64,000 nt of DNA from an uncultured Gammaproteobacteria bacterium (GCA_902634075.1 CACPJA010000004.1:613-64612); one strand, 5' to 3'. Positions 35,352-46,067 are shown, counted from the stretch's first letter. Translations and numbers: made by a program. Notes: generated by a model not told the origin, from the sequence alone.

Positions 35352-35364
35352 AGTAAAATCTTAG

Positions 35365-36384
35365 TTAGTCTGCTTCCTCCATTTGAGGGTTGTAATTTCC
35401 AGTTCTAGCTAAACTATTAAGTCTTGACCTCTTTAAAAATGCATCCTGGCCAGACTTCAGATTCTCGTCAGCACCGGCCCAAGCATTTAATGGCTGCGCT
35501 TGAAGAGCTCGCCCATATGAGAAAGACAGTTGCCAAGGATGTGGTCCCATTTCATTCATAGCACTTAAGTGAGCGGTTGCTTCTTCTGAAGTTTGACCTC
35601 CTGATAAAAAAGCAATGCCTGGCACTTCATCTGGTACATTCTCAGATAAGCACTTAACGGTTGCAGTCGCCACAGTGGCAACATCTGCCCTATCACTGGC
35701 ATCGGTCCCTGAAATAACCATATTGGGTTTAAGGATAATCCCATTGAGAGCAACTTTTTGATCTTCCAAGACCTTGAAAACATGATCTAAAACTTTGGTT
35801 GTAACATCGAAACACGTTTCTATACTGTGATTCCCGTCCATTAATATTTCAGGCTCTACAATCGGAACCATCTTAGCTTCCTGGCATAATGCAGAATATC
35901 TAGCAAGCGCATGAGCGTTGACATCGATACAGGCCATACTTGGTTGATTATCTCCAATCCCTATTACGGCTCTCCATTTTGCAAATCGTGCGCCCAAGGA
36001 ATAATATTCTTCGAGTCTTTCCCTTAACCCATCTAATCCTTCAGTCACTGTTTCACCTGGATGCATGGGTAAATCTTTGGCGCCCTTATCTACTTTTATT
36101 CCTGGCACAATACCCAATGAAGTTAAATATTCAGCAAAAGGAACTCCATCATTCGTTGTTTGTCTGATAGTTTCATCAAATAGTATTACCCCACTTATAT
36201 AATCTGAAATACTAGGGGCAGTAAACAACATGTTTCGATAGGTTTGTCGGCTGCTTTCTGTAGATTCAGTGTCTATAGTTGCAAATCTTTTTCCAATTGT
36301 TGGGGTGCTCTCGTCGGCTGCTAAAATTCCTTTATTAGGAGCCACCATCGATTGAGCTATTGAGTTAAGTGAACTTAGATCCAT
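35365..36384 (-). CDS. Class I fructose-bisphosphate aldolase (eukaryote/cyanobacterial type)
   Basis: KGILAADESTPTIGKRF and the Schiff-base lysine region GIILKPNMV. The start is set at ATG 36384 because GGAGG lies 5 nt upstream. The ORF-track start at 36435 adds 17 unlikely residues. Confidence 0.9.
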   Translation of the reverse strand: MDLSSLNSIAQSMVAPNKGILAADESTPTIGKRFATIDTESTESSRQTYRNMLFTAPSISDYISGVILFDETIRQTTNDGVPFAEYLTSLGIVPGIKVDKGAKDLPMHPGETVTEGLDGLRERLEEYYSLGARFAKWRAVIGIGDNQPSMACIDVNAHALARYSALCQEAKMVPIVEPEILMDGNHSIETCFDVTTKVLDHVFKVLEDQKVALNGIILKPNMVISGTDASDRADVATVATATVKCLSENVPDEVPGIAFLSGGQTSEEATAHLSAMNEMGPHPWQLSFSYGRALQAQPLNAWAGADENLKSGQDAFLKRSRLNSLARTGNYNPQMEEAD

Positions 36385-36486
36385 TTCTTCCTCCATTTTG
36401 ATATGGATAATTATAACCAAGATAGATTCTTGCATACACCATTGATTACAAAAATAAACGCTTTATGTATTGCATATACGTTAAAA

Positions 36487-36503
36487 GGGACTAAAATAGT
36501 CCC
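36487..36503. promoter_or_regulatory. Candidate Rrf2 operator: perfect palindrome GGGACTA-AAA-TAGTCCC upstream of the Rrf2-suf operon
   Basis: 17-nt perfect inverted repeat lying 25 nt upstream of the GTG start at 36528. It sits between possible -35 (TTAAAA 36481-86) and -10 (CATATT 36503-08) elements. Confidence 0.4.
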
Positions 36504-36527
36504 ATATTTACATGTTGAGGGTAAATT

Positions 36528-36980
36528 GTGCTAAGAATTAAAAAAATGACTGATTACGCAGTCCTGATTTTATCGAATCTGGCAATGCACGAAGATTTTT
36601 TAACCGCTAAGGAAATTGCCTCAGCGACACATATTTCATTGCCAACAGTTAAAAAGTTACTAAAGAAATTAAATAAAAAAGGTCTTGTTAATTCCAGACA
36701 AGGAGTTCTTGGTGGTTACACCCTTCACACAGATGCAAAAACAATAAGTATTGCCCTCCTCTTAAATGCTCTAGAGGGAAATTTATCTCTCACTCAGTGT
36801 GCAAGCGAAAGTGATAAGTGTTCCGTGGAAGATTTCTGTCAGATTGGTAATGCTTGGCAACTTATCAACCAGAGGATTTTTGCCTCGCTTGATGACTTAA
36901 CCCTTATGGATTTAATAAAACCTCAAAGAATTGAACATTTTTTAAGCACCTCAATACCGGTCAGATCTTCTAAGCACTAA
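36528..36980 (+). CDS. Rrf2 family transcriptional regulator (IscR/SufR-like, probable Fe-S sensing)
   Basis: GTG start with GAGGG 6 nt upstream. N-terminal MTDYAVLIL..wHTH. Cys triad [14 protein letters not shown]. First gene of the suf operon. Confidence 0.85.
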   Translation: MLRIKKMTDYAVLILSNLAMHEDFLTAKEIASATHISLPTVKKLLKKLNKKGLVNSRQGVLGGYTLHTDAKTISIALLLNALEGNLSLTQCASESDKCSVEDFCQIGNAWQLINQRIFASLDDLTLMDLIKPQRIEHFLSTSIPVRSSKH

Positions 36981-36981
36981 T

Positions 36982-38430
36982 ATGGAAAAACAACAAAACA
37001 AAGAAATTAATGAATTCTTGAAGAAGAATTATGAGTATGGTTTTGAAACAGATATTGAATCTGAAACTCTTCCACCTGGAATAAACGAAGATGTTATTAG
37101 AATTATCTCTGAAAAAAAGAAAGAGCCAGAATTTCTTTTAAATTGGCGATTAAAAGCATTCGCTCATTGGAAAAAGCTTAAGGCTCCCGAATGGAGTCAA
37201 TTGAATATTGACCCTATTGATTATCAGTCAATCTCTTATTTCTCTAAACCAAAGCAAGATGATGGTCCAAAATCATTAGATGAAGTCGACCCTAAATTAC
37301 TCGAGACATACGAAAAACTGGGTATTCCTTTACATGAACGAGCAAAGTTAGCTGGGGTCGCAGTAGATGCTGTTTTTGATAGTGTTTCCGTAGTAACAAC
37401 ATTTAAAGATAAGTTAGCTGAAGCTGGAGTCATCTTTTGTTCTTTCTCAGAGGCTGTCCAGGACCATCCAGAGTTAATAAAAAAATACCTCGGCAAGGTT
37501 GTGCCATATCGCGATAACTATTTTGCAGCATTGAATGCAGCTGTCTTCTCTGATGGCACCTTTGTGTATATTCCCAAAGGTGTTAGATGCCCAATGGAGT
37601 TATCTACTTATTTTAGAATCAATGAAGCTAAGACTGGTCAATTTGAAAGAACATTAATAGTTGCTGATGAAAAGAGTTATGTGAGCTATCTAGAAGGTTG
37701 CACAGCACCAATGAGGGACGAGAATCAACTTCATGCAGCAGTTGTAGAACTAATTGCTCTTAATGATGCAGAAATAAAGTATTCAACCGTACAAAATTGG
37801 TACCCTGGCGACGAAAAAGGCAAAGGTGGAATCTACAATTTTGTTACTAAGCGTGGCGATTGTAGAGGAGAAAATTCAAAAATATCATGGACACAAATTG
37901 AAACAGGATCAGCCATTACCTGGAAATACCCTAGTTGCATCTTAAGAGGCAATAATTCTACAGGGGAATTCCACTCCATAGCACTTACTAATAATCTACA
38001 ACAAGCCGATACAGGGACTAAAATGATTCACTTAGGCAAAAACACAAAAAGTAAGATTATCAGCAAAGGTATTTCAGCTAAATCTTCTCAAAATACATAC
38101 AGAGGTTTAGTCTCTATGTCTAAAGGTGCATCGCAATCAAGGAATTACACCCAATGCGATTCTTTATTGATTGGAAATAAATCAGGTGCTCATACTTTTC
38201 CATCTATCAATGTTAATAACACGAGTTCCACTCTTGAGCATGAAGCAACAACATCTAAGATTTCAGATGATCAATTATTCTATTGTCAACAGAGAGGCAT
38301 TGATGAAGAAGATGCTATTGGGCTAATAGTTAGTGGTTTTTGCAAAGAGGTATTGAATGAATTGCCAATGGAGTTTGCTGTTGAGGCAAGAGCTCTTCTT
38401 CAAGTAAATCTTGAAGGAGCTATCGGATAA
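36982..38430 (+). CDS. sufB: Fe-S cluster assembly scaffold SufB
   Basis: 482 aa. Highly conserved SufB blocks ([41 protein letters not shown]). Confidence 0.95.
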   Translation: MEKQQNKEINEFLKKNYEYGFETDIESETLPPGINEDVIRIISEKKKEPEFLLNWRLKAFAHWKKLKAPEWSQLNIDPIDYQSISYFSKPKQDDGPKSLDEVDPKLLETYEKLGIPLHERAKLAGVAVDAVFDSVSVVTTFKDKLAEAGVIFCSFSEAVQDHPELIKKYLGKVVPYRDNYFAALNAAVFSDGTFVYIPKGVRCPMELSTYFRINEAKTGQFERTLIVADEKSYVSYLEGCTAPMRDENQLHAAVVELIALNDAEIKYSTVQNWYPGDEKGKGGIYNFVTKRGDCRGENSKISWTQIETGSAITWKYPSCILRGNNSTGEFHSIALTNNLQQADTGTKMIHLGKNTKSKIISKGISAKSSQNTYRGLVSMSKGASQSRNYTQCDSLLIGNKSGAHTFPSINVNNTSSTLEHEATTSKISDDQLFYCQQRGIDEEDAIGLIVSGFCKEVLNELPMEFAVEARALLQVNLEGAIG

Positions 38431-38451
38431 AAGGCTTGAGGATTTAAAGAA

Positions 38452-39219
38452 TTGAGTAATAAAAAAGAATACGTATTGGAGATCAATGATCTTTCTGTTT
38501 CAACATCTGGAAGTAAGATTTTAGATGGTTTGAACCTAAGCGTAAAAAAGGGAGAAACACACGCAATTATGGGGCCAAACGGATCAGGTAAGAGCACTCT
38601 AGCAAAAACCATAGCCGGTCATACTGACTATGAAATCAACAGCGGTACCATCAAGTTTCTTGGCAATGATTTAATATCCATGCCCATTGAAGAAAGATCT
38701 AATCTAGGTCTATTTCTTGGTTTCCAATATCCTATAGAAATTCCTGGTCTCTCTAATACAGCATTCCTAAAAGCAGCTATTAATGCTCAAAGGAAATACA
38801 ACAACCTAGAAGATATTCCTGCCAATGAGTTTTTATTAGAGTTAAAAAGTAAGGCTGATCAACTGGGGCTAGATCAGAGTTTTCTCTCACGAGGAGTTAA
38901 TGAAGGCTTTTCTGGTGGTGAAAAGAAAAGGAATGAGATACTCCAAATGTTAATGCTAAATCCAAAAGTCTCTATTCTTGATGAGACTGATTCAGGATTA
39001 GATATTGATTCAATGAAGATTGTTGCTGATGGCGTCAACTCAACTCGAAACAAAGAAACATCGACGATTGTTATCACCCATTACGAAAGATTATTAAATT
39101 ACCTAGAACCTGATTATGTCCACGTTATAAATGATGGGCAAATTATTAAAACTGGTGACTTAACTCTAGCTAATGAACTTGAGAAAAAAGGTTACGAATG
39201 GCTGACCAAGAAAAAATAA
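38452..39219 (+). CDS. sufC: Fe-S cluster assembly ATPase SufC
   Basis: TTG start with GAGGA 9 nt upstream. Walker A GPNGSGKST, signature FSGGEKKR, Walker B ILDETDSGLD. Confidence 0.95.
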   Translation: MSNKKEYVLEINDLSVSTSGSKILDGLNLSVKKGETHAIMGPNGSGKSTLAKTIAGHTDYEINSGTIKFLGNDLISMPIEERSNLGLFLGFQYPIEIPGLSNTAFLKAAINAQRKYNNLEDIPANEFLLELKSKADQLGLDQSFLSRGVNEGFSGGEKKRNEILQMLMLNPKVSILDETDSGLDIDSMKIVADGVNSTRNKETSTIVITHYERLLNYLEPDYVHVINDGQIIKTGDLTLANELEKKGYEWLTKKK

Positions 39220-40475
39220 AGAACCTATTTAGTTTTGAAAAAATTGCATCAATAACTTCAGGTAAACCTGACTACCCTGATTGGTTTGATGAATTCAAGC
39301 GTCTTTCTACAAAAAATCTCATGGATCAAAATTTACCCTCTATTAAAGATAGTGAATGGGAATCAACGAAGATTAATTCTTTAACTAAAAAGTTATTCAA
39401 TGATGACTTTAATTTTAGTCACAGTGCGAATGATTTAATTGTTGAAGATACCAAAAAAGATCCAAATAAGATCACTATTAGTTTTTCTAATGGCATTTAT
39501 ATGTGTTCAGAGGAACTACCTAGCCACATTAAGATCTTAAGTCATATTAAAGATAAAGATAAATTTAGAGATCTTTTGGATATCAAAAAGGAGAATAACT
39601 CTTCTTTTTCATCCACCCTTAACTCAATAATTTTATCGGACCTTCTTCTCATAGAGACTTCAAGTAATCAAAAAGTAGACACTCTAATTCATATTATTAA
39701 TCATGCTTCTAATGAAGCTAACCTAGCTCCAAGAATAGAAATCCGTGCCGCAACCAATAGTTCTGTAAAAATTCTTGAAGAGGTTAGAACTTCTAATGAT
39801 TCAATAATGAATCACGTATTGAGGGTAAATTGCCAAAAGAATGCCAATATTGAATTCTACAAAGTGATTCAACGACAAGAGAATTCTCATTATCTAGGAA
39901 CTCAAGATATAGAAGCTAGCGAAAATGCCAGAATCAAATTTTTTCTCTGGGATTTTGGTGGAGATACTTCAAAAACTGTAACTGACACAAAATTACTAGG
40001 TAAAAAATCGGAGATTAACTACTCTGCCCTTTTTACTCCAAATAAGTATTTACATTCGGGCAATCAAATAAAAATAAATCATGAGGCCAGCCATACAAAA
40101 AGTAAGATCAAGGTCAGAGGTGTTTTAAATGATCACTCCAGTGGAGTCTTCTATGGAAAAATAAAGGTAAAAGAGAGCGTAACCAAAACCTCAGCTTTCA
40201 TGGAGAATAAAAATTTATTACTCTCAGACGATGCAAGTATTTCGAGCAAACCTATCCTGGAAATCTACAACGATGATACTGAGTGTTCTCACAGTGCAAC
40301 CTCTGGATCTATTGATAAAGAAAAGCTTTTTTATCTTAAGACAAGAGGAATTGATGAAGTTGAAGCTAAAAGCTTTCTAGTAAACTCATTTATAGAGGAG
40401 ATTTCTGGAGAAATTACAAATAAAAAAATACAGGATATCTTTAAAAAATATTTAGTCCAGAGCGGACAATTATAA
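39198..40475 (+). CDS. sufD: Fe-S cluster assembly protein SufD
   Basis: 425 aa in the position between sufC and sufS. The C-terminal SufB/D-type beta-helix region is similar to the SufB C-terminus (ECSHSATSGSIDKEKLFYLKTRGI). Confidence 0.85.
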   Translation: MADQEKIKNLFSFEKIASITSGKPDYPDWFDEFKRLSTKNLMDQNLPSIKDSEWESTKINSLTKKLFNDDFNFSHSANDLIVEDTKKDPNKITISFSNGIYMCSEELPSHIKILSHIKDKDKFRDLLDIKKENNSSFSSTLNSIILSDLLLIETSSNQKVDTLIHIINHASNEANLAPRIEIRAATNSSVKILEEVRTSNDSIMNHVLRVNCQKNANIEFYKVIQRQENSHYLGTQDIEASENARIKFFLWDFGGDTSKTVTDTKLLGKKSEINYSALFTPNKYLHSGNQIKINHEASHTKSKIKVRGVLNDHSSGVFYGKIKVKESVTKTSAFMENKNLLLSDDASISSKPILEIYNDDTECSHSATSGSIDKEKLFYLKTRGIDEVEAKSFLVNSFIEEISGEITNKKIQDIFKKYLVQSGQL

Positions 40476-40478
40476 GCT

Positions 40479-41714
40479 ATGGAAGAAAAAGCAAAAAAAC
40501 CCTTCGAGCTAGATAGAGTCAGAGAAAACTTTCCTATTCTTGATCAAGATATTAATGGCTCTAAACTAATATATTTTGATAATGCGGCTTCGACCCAAAA
40601 ACCTAGCAGGGTTATCAAATCAATTAAACAATATTATGAATCAGATCACTCCAACGTACATCGAGGGGTTCATAGCTTAAGCATAAGAGCTACTGAAAGT
40701 TATGAGAAATCCAGAAGAGTAATTTCGAGCTATATTAATGCAAAACATGAGCATGAGGTAATCCATACTAAAGGAACTACTGAATCAATAAACCTTGTTG
40801 CCCAATCACTATCTGATCAAATTAAAGAAAATGATGAAATTTTAATTTCGGCTATGGAGCACCACTCGAATATTGTTCCTTGGCAAGAATTATGCAAAAG
40901 GTCCGGAGCAGTCTTAAAAGTTATACCAATTAATGAGACTGGAGATATTAACCTAGATGAAATGAATCGACTGATTTCATCAAAAACTAAAATAATCTCG
41001 ATTACACATGTTTCTAATACTCTTGGGACTATCAACCCAATTAAAAAAATAATTAATCGTGCTAAATCAGTTGATGCATTAACACTAATAGATGGGGCAC
41101 AGGCAGTTGCACATATGAGAATTGATGTTCAAGATATCGATTGTGACTTTTATGTGTTTTCAGGGCATAAATTATACGGACCAACAGGTACTGGGGTTTT
41201 ATATGGAAAAGAAGAGGTATTAAAGAGTCTTAAGCCTTATCAATATGGAGGTGAGATGATTCTCAAAGTTACCTTTGATGAAACCACATACAATTCATTG
41301 CCACATAAGTTTGAAGCTGGAACTCCAAATATAGCCGGAACTATCGGTCTAATGAATGCCATTGAATATTTAAAGGAAATAGACTTTGACAGTGCTATTG
41401 ATCATGAAATGGCTATACACGACTATGCGCTCCAGCAATTAAAGCTTCTGCCTAACCTTAAGGTTATAGGTGAGGCAAAAGATAAATCATCAATAATCTC
41501 TTTTACCATTGGTGAACTTCATCCACACGACGTGGGTACAATATTAAACCAGAAGGCTGTTGCGGTCAGGACGGGGCACCATTGTACAATGCCCTTAATG
41601 GATTTTTATCAAATACCCGGAACTATTAGAGCTTCATTTAGTTTTTATAACTCTAAAGAAGAAGTAGATGTCCTGGTTTCTGCTCTTGAGCTTGCAACCG
41701 AAATGCTAAGTTAA
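40479..41714 (+). CDS. sufS: Cysteine desulfurase SufS (group II)
   Basis: PLP-lysine block FSGHKLYGPTG and catalytic Cys block RTGHHCTMPL. 411 aa. Confidence 0.9.
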   Translation: MEEKAKKPFELDRVRENFPILDQDINGSKLIYFDNAASTQKPSRVIKSIKQYYESDHSNVHRGVHSLSIRATESYEKSRRVISSYINAKHEHEVIHTKGTTESINLVAQSLSDQIKENDEILISAMEHHSNIVPWQELCKRSGAVLKVIPINETGDINLDEMNRLISSKTKIISITHVSNTLGTINPIKKIINRAKSVDALTLIDGAQAVAHMRIDVQDIDCDFYVFSGHKLYGPTGTGVLYGKEEVLKSLKPYQYGGEMILKVTFDETTYNSLPHKFEAGTPNIAGTIGLMNAIEYLKEIDFDSAIDHEMAIHDYALQQLKLLPNLKVIGEAKDKSSIISFTIGELHPHDVGTILNQKAVAVRTGHHCTMPLMDFYQIPGTIRASFSFYNSKEEVDVLVSALELATEMLS

Positions 41715-41716
41715 CT

Positions 41717-42136
41717 ATGGATAGCTTATATCAAGAAACAATAATGAATCATGGGCATAACCCTTTAAATTTTGGTAAACCAAATAATATAGGGCATTCA
41801 ATAGAACAATTTAACCCCTTATGTGGTGACAAAATTATTCTTTATTTAATTAATGATGACTCGGCTAATTTTATGTTTGAAAGTGTGAGTTGCGTCATAT
41901 GTAAAGCCTCTGCCTCTATGATGACGATGACTATAAACGATCTTAATTTTAATGAAAGAGTGTCCTTAATTGAAAGCATCATCGCTGGTATTAAAGAAGG
42001 CAATATAAATAATAATAATCTTTCAAAAGACCTTTTAAGTCTTAATCAAATAGTAAACTATCCTTCGAGAATTAATTGTGCCCTTTTACCATGGCAAACA
42101 GCACGTGATTTAATTAGGAACCATATTGATGAGTAG
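41717..42136 (+). CDS. sufU: SUF-system NifU/IscU-like sulfur acceptor SufU
   Basis: LYQETIMNHGHNPLNFG, NPLCGD, SCVICKASASMM and the C-terminal INCALLPW give the Cys/Asp/Cys/Cys ligand pattern of SufU. Confidence 0.8.
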   Translation: MDSLYQETIMNHGHNPLNFGKPNNIGHSIEQFNPLCGDKIILYLINDDSANFMFESVSCVICKASASMMTMTINDLNFNERVSLIESIIAGIKEGNINNNNLSKDLLSLNQIVNYPSRINCALLPWQTARDLIRNHIDE

Positions 42137-42686
42137 CCATCTAGACAATGATGAAATCATTACACTAACGAGAGATTGTGAGGTTATCTCAGTCCCGTAT
42201 GGAGAAAAAGAGACTCTTAAAGCAGGAACAGAAGTTCAATTAATGCAAGCTATGGGGGGCTCATATACTGTATACACCTCGCAGGGGATGTTTAGGATCA
42301 GTGGAAAGAATGGTGATGCAATTGGCAAGGAAGTTGAACCTCCTCCGGTAATAGATGAAGACATATCAGATAGCGATTTTGAAGAAAAAGTTTGGGAACA
42401 AATGCGAACCGTTTATGATCCTGAAATTCCTATAAATGTTGTAGATCTTGGCTTGATCTATTCTTGTGATATCAAAAAAGATTCAGATGATAATTTTGAT
42501 ATCAAAGTTGATATGACTTTAACTGCTCCTGGTTGTGGAATGGCTGATGTCTTGGTTGAAGATATAAAAGAAAGGATCTCACTTCTACCTAGAATCAACA
42601 CTGTTAATGTTGAATTGGTCCTTGACCCACCTTGGAGCATGGAAATGATGTCAGAGGCTGCTCGCCTAGAAGCTGGTTTAATCTAA
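42126..42686 (+). CDS. sufT: Fe-S assembly protein SufT (DUF59-containing)
   Basis: C-terminal DUF59 block VWEQMRTVYDPEIPINVVDLGLIY..LTAPGCGM. N-terminal extension typical of proteobacterial SufT. Last gene of the operon. Confidence 0.75.
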   Translation: MMSSHLDNDEIITLTRDCEVISVPYGEKETLKAGTEVQLMQAMGGSYTVYTSQGMFRISGKNGDAIGKEVEPPPVIDEDISDSDFEEKVWEQMRTVYDPEIPINVVDLGLIYSCDIKKDSDDNFDIKVDMTLTAPGCGMADVLVEDIKERISLLPRINTVNVELVLDPPWSMEMMSEAARLEAGLI

Positions 42687-42690
42687 GGGT

Positions 42691-44526
42691 TTACTTCAAC
42701 TCACAGAAGCACTGCATATAAATCCCTCTTGGATCGTTATACGAAGTTAGTTCATTTGCAGCATCCTTAAAGAGATTTAATAACTTCAAATTGCTATTGT
42801 GTATTTCAATACCTAAGAAACTCATAGTTTTAAAAAAGATATTAGCCATACTCAAACCTAGGAAAGCTTCAAATGGATTTTCTCTATTGATTCGTTTCAC
42901 CCCAAAGTCATCTTCCAATTCGGCTAATTCAGCAGCTTTACTAATGGCATCCTCTAAAGTACCTATTTGGTCAACAAGTCCTATTTCTGAAGCTTTTTGT
43001 CCAATCCACACTTTACCTTGAGCAACATTATCGACAGCCTCTAATGTCATGTTTCTATTCTCAGCAACTTTAGAAATAAATTTTTGGTAAATATTATCTG
43101 TATTAGATTGGAATATTTTCTTATCCTTCTCGGTAAGCGTTTGAGCAACTGAAGTGGTTATGTCCACAGTTGAGTAGCCATCTTCATTAATGCCAATCTG
43201 ACCCAATGCTCTTTCAAAAGTAGGTATAAATCCTCCGACACCAATTGATCCGGTAATTGTAAATTCTTCAGCAAATATTTGATCTGCTGGGGCTGAAATG
43301 TAATAACCTCCAGAGGCTGCTACGCCTCCCATAGAAGCCACGATAGGTCTTCCTGATTCTTTAAACTTTTCTAACTCATCTGCTATCACTTCAGAAGCAT
43401 AAGCACTCCCGCCTCCGCTATCCACTCTTAGCACAAGAGCTTTAACGCTTTCATCTTCATAAGCATCTCTTATTAATTTTATAAAATCATCAGCAGCAAT
43501 AGTGCCTGGCCCAGCAGACCCATCAACAATCCCTCCACTGGCAATAACCAGTGCAACATTTTCTTCTTGAGATTGATATACGGGTTCAATCTGTAAAGTA
43601 TTAAGATAGGAGTTCATACCTATTATGTTTATTTTATTGTCCTCTTCTGATGGAGCTAATTCATAGAGATAATCCCTGAATTGTCTTTGATTGCTTAATG
43701 TATCTATTAGCCCCATCTCTAAAGCTGCAAGAGCAAAATCACCGTTTACTTCATCGCTGACTTCATCGAGAGATTGGATGTATTTATTTAAAGTATCTTT
43801 ATCGATGTTCCTAGCAGCGCTGACTTCATCGAGATAAGATGACCATAAGACTGTAATCCATTCGATGATATTATTCTTAGCTTCATCCGACATACTGTCT
43901 CTGAAATAAGGTTCCACAAATGCTTTAAATGTTCCTACTTTAAAAACGTTAGCGTCAATATAAAATTTATCAAAAAAAGATTTGTAGTAAGTCCTGTAGC
44001 TGCGGTAACCGTCAATTAAGATTCCACCATAATCATGCATATGCACTTCATCGGCATGAGCTGCTAAATAATACTGTGGTGTTCCATAACCATAACTACT
44101 ATAAGCGATGACTTTCTTGCCTGATGCTTTAAAATCTTTGATAGATCCAGCAATAATTTGAAGCTTGGTTGGGTTACCTCCAAGAAATTTATCTAGATCC
44201 AAAAGCAGATAATCAACTAATTCATCACTCTTTGCTGTCTCGATAGCACTTATTACATCAGAAACTAAAGTTTCAGTAGAATTTTCTCCTGAAAATTCAG
44301 CAAAAGCTCTTTCAAATTCAGATAAAGATAATTCTTCTACGAGAAAACCATTAATATTTAGATTTAATATTGCACCATCAGATATTTCAGGTTGTTGATC
44401 TGATGAACCAAACGAGGACAATAAACCAATTACTAGAAATAAAAGAACAATAAATACCACTAGGCGTCTTGCGAAGACACCTGTAGCGTCTAGAAACTTG
44501 CCAAATTTTTCCATAAAAGATCTCAT
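42691..44526 (-). CDS. sppA: Signal peptide peptidase SppA, 67K type
   Basis: 611 aa. N-terminal TM segment and two S49 peptidase domains (VLRVDSGGGSAYASE, MGGVAASGGYYIS). Confidence 0.9.
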   Translation of the reverse strand: MRSFMEKFGKFLDATGVFARRLVVFIVLLFLVIGLLSSFGSSDQQPEISDGAILNLNINGFLVEELSLSEFERAFAEFSGENSTETLVSDVISAIETAKSDELVDYLLLDLDKFLGGNPTKLQIIAGSIKDFKASGKKVIAYSSYGYGTPQYYLAAHADEVHMHDYGGILIDGYRSYRTYYKSFFDKFYIDANVFKVGTFKAFVEPYFRDSMSDEAKNNIIEWITVLWSSYLDEVSAARNIDKDTLNKYIQSLDEVSDEVNGDFALAALEMGLIDTLSNQRQFRDYLYELAPSEEDNKINIIGMNSYLNTLQIEPVYQSQEENVALVIASGGIVDGSAGPGTIAADDFIKLIRDAYEDESVKALVLRVDSGGGSAYASEVIADELEKFKESGRPIVASMGGVAASGGYYISAPADQIFAEEFTITGSIGVGGFIPTFERALGQIGINEDGYSTVDITTSVAQTLTEKDKKIFQSNTDNIYQKFISKVAENRNMTLEAVDNVAQGKVWIGQKASEIGLVDQIGTLEDAISKAAELAELEDDFGVKRINRENPFEAFLGLSMANIFFKTMSFLGIEIHNSNLKLLNLFKDAANELTSYNDPRGIYMQCFCELK

Positions 44527-44543
44527 AGTTTTTCTACTCCTTA

Positions 44544-45653
44544 TTATTCTCCATATGTAATTTTGTAAATTACTCCGTTTTTATCATCGCTAACTAACAT
44601 TGAACCGTCATCTAAAATAAGAATATCAGTTGGTCTACCTAATGTTTCCTCATCTTTCATCCAGCCGTCTGCAAAAACTTCATAAGAAACTCCTTTATCT
44701 CCATCTAAGGCGACAGTTGTGATTCGGTAACCAATTTTCTCTGAGCGATTCCAAGAGCCATGTTCTGCAATAAATATCTGATCCTGATAATTCTCTGGAA
44801 ACATTGTCCCTGTGTAAAATTTTAATCCTAGAGGTGCTACATGTGGTCCTAATTCCTGGGCCGGTGGCGTTATCTCACTGCAATCCCCTTGAGATCCGAA
44901 TTGAGGATCCTTAATAGATGTTGCATGACAGAATGGAAAGCCAAAATGCTCCCCTAGTCTAGATAATTTGTTCAACTCTCCTGGTGGTAAATTATCGCCT
45001 AACATGTCTCTTCCATTATCTGTGAACCAAAGTTCATTGGTTTCAGGGTGAAAAGTCATACCGACAGTGTTTCTTATGCCATATGCGATAGTTTCCTTGT
45101 CTGTTCCATCTAAATTCATTCTTGTGATCACAGCATAACCAGGTTCTTCACAAACATTGCATGGTGCACCAATTGGAACATAGAGCTTATTATCTGGACC
45201 CACAACAATATATCTCCATCCATGGTGTGCGTCTTTAGGGTAATCACTGATTACAGAGTATTTGATTGAGTCAATCGATGAATCCTGATTAGAAATCTTG
45301 TTGATCGTATCTTCAATATCTGTAAATTTTAAGACACGATGTATTTCTGCCACGTACAAATTACCGTCATGAAATGCAATCCCATTGGGCATATACAACC
45401 CTTCTGCAATAACGACTACTTGGGGATCATCTTGATAATTAGTCACAGCATAGATATTTCCTTCTCTTCTCGTAGAAACAAAAATCATTTCTTCGCCAAG
45501 GGTTAATGATCTTGCGTTTGGAACATCATCGGTAAGAACATCAATTTGGAAACCGTTTGGGAGGTTAATCTCTGGCATTTCAAATGCGTAGAGATTAAAA
45601 CTGAATAAAATTAATAGAGATAAAGATATTCTATTTTTTGGATTTTTCTTCAC
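44544..45653 (-). CDS. PQQ-dependent sugar (sorbosone/glucose) dehydrogenase family beta-propeller, exported
   Basis: Signal peptide. Repeated propeller blades with PNGIAFHDGNLYVAE, RNTVGMTFHP..ELWFTDNGRD and HFGFPFCH. Confidence 0.75.
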   Translation of the reverse strand: MKKNPKNRISLSLLILFSFNLYAFEMPEINLPNGFQIDVLTDDVPNARSLTLGEEMIFVSTRREGNIYAVTNYQDDPQVVVIAEGLYMPNGIAFHDGNLYVAEIHRVLKFTDIEDTINKISNQDSSIDSIKYSVISDYPKDAHHGWRYIVVGPDNKLYVPIGAPCNVCEEPGYAVITRMNLDGTDKETIAYGIRNTVGMTFHPETNELWFTDNGRDMLGDNLPPGELNKLSRLGEHFGFPFCHATSIKDPQFGSQGDCSEITPPAQELGPHVAPLGLKFYTGTMFPENYQDQIFIAEHGSWNRSEKIGYRITTVALDGDKGVSYEVFADGWMKDEETLGRPTDILILDDGSMLVSDDKNGVIYKITYGE

Positions 45654-45663
45654 TGCCTTCTAT

Positions 45664-46005
45664 TTAGACTTTTTCTTTAATTCGTGCTGACTTACCACTT
45701 CTTTCTCTTAGGTAGTAAAGTTTTGATCGTCTCACATCACCTTTTCTTTTTACTTTGATCTCTGTAATGAGTTTACTATGAGTTTGAAACACTCTTTCGA
45801 CACCTTCTCCATTAGATATCTTTCTAACAGTGAATGAAGAGTTAAGGCCTCTATTCTTTTTTGCTATAACAATTCCTTCGAATATTTGTAGACGCTCTCT
45901 AGAGCCTTCCTTGATTCGAACTTGAACAGCTACAGTATCTCCAGGACTAAACTCTGGGATATCGTCTCTTTGTTGCTGCTTTTCAATTTCTTCAATTATA
46001 TTCAT
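45664..46005 (-). CDS. rplS: 50S ribosomal protein L19
   Basis: 113 aa. FSPGDTV.V.V.IKEG.RERLQ.FEG.VI. Confidence 0.95.
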   Translation of the reverse strand: MNIIEEIEKQQQRDDIPEFSPGDTVAVQVRIKEGSRERLQIFEGIVIAKKNRGLNSSFTVRKISNGEGVERVFQTHSKLITEIKVKRKGDVRRSKLYYLRERSGKSARIKEKV

Positions 46006-46067
46006 AGAATTACTATTGCCTCAAAATGAAGGGTGAATTGTATATTAATAGTCTCTAGATGTTAATT

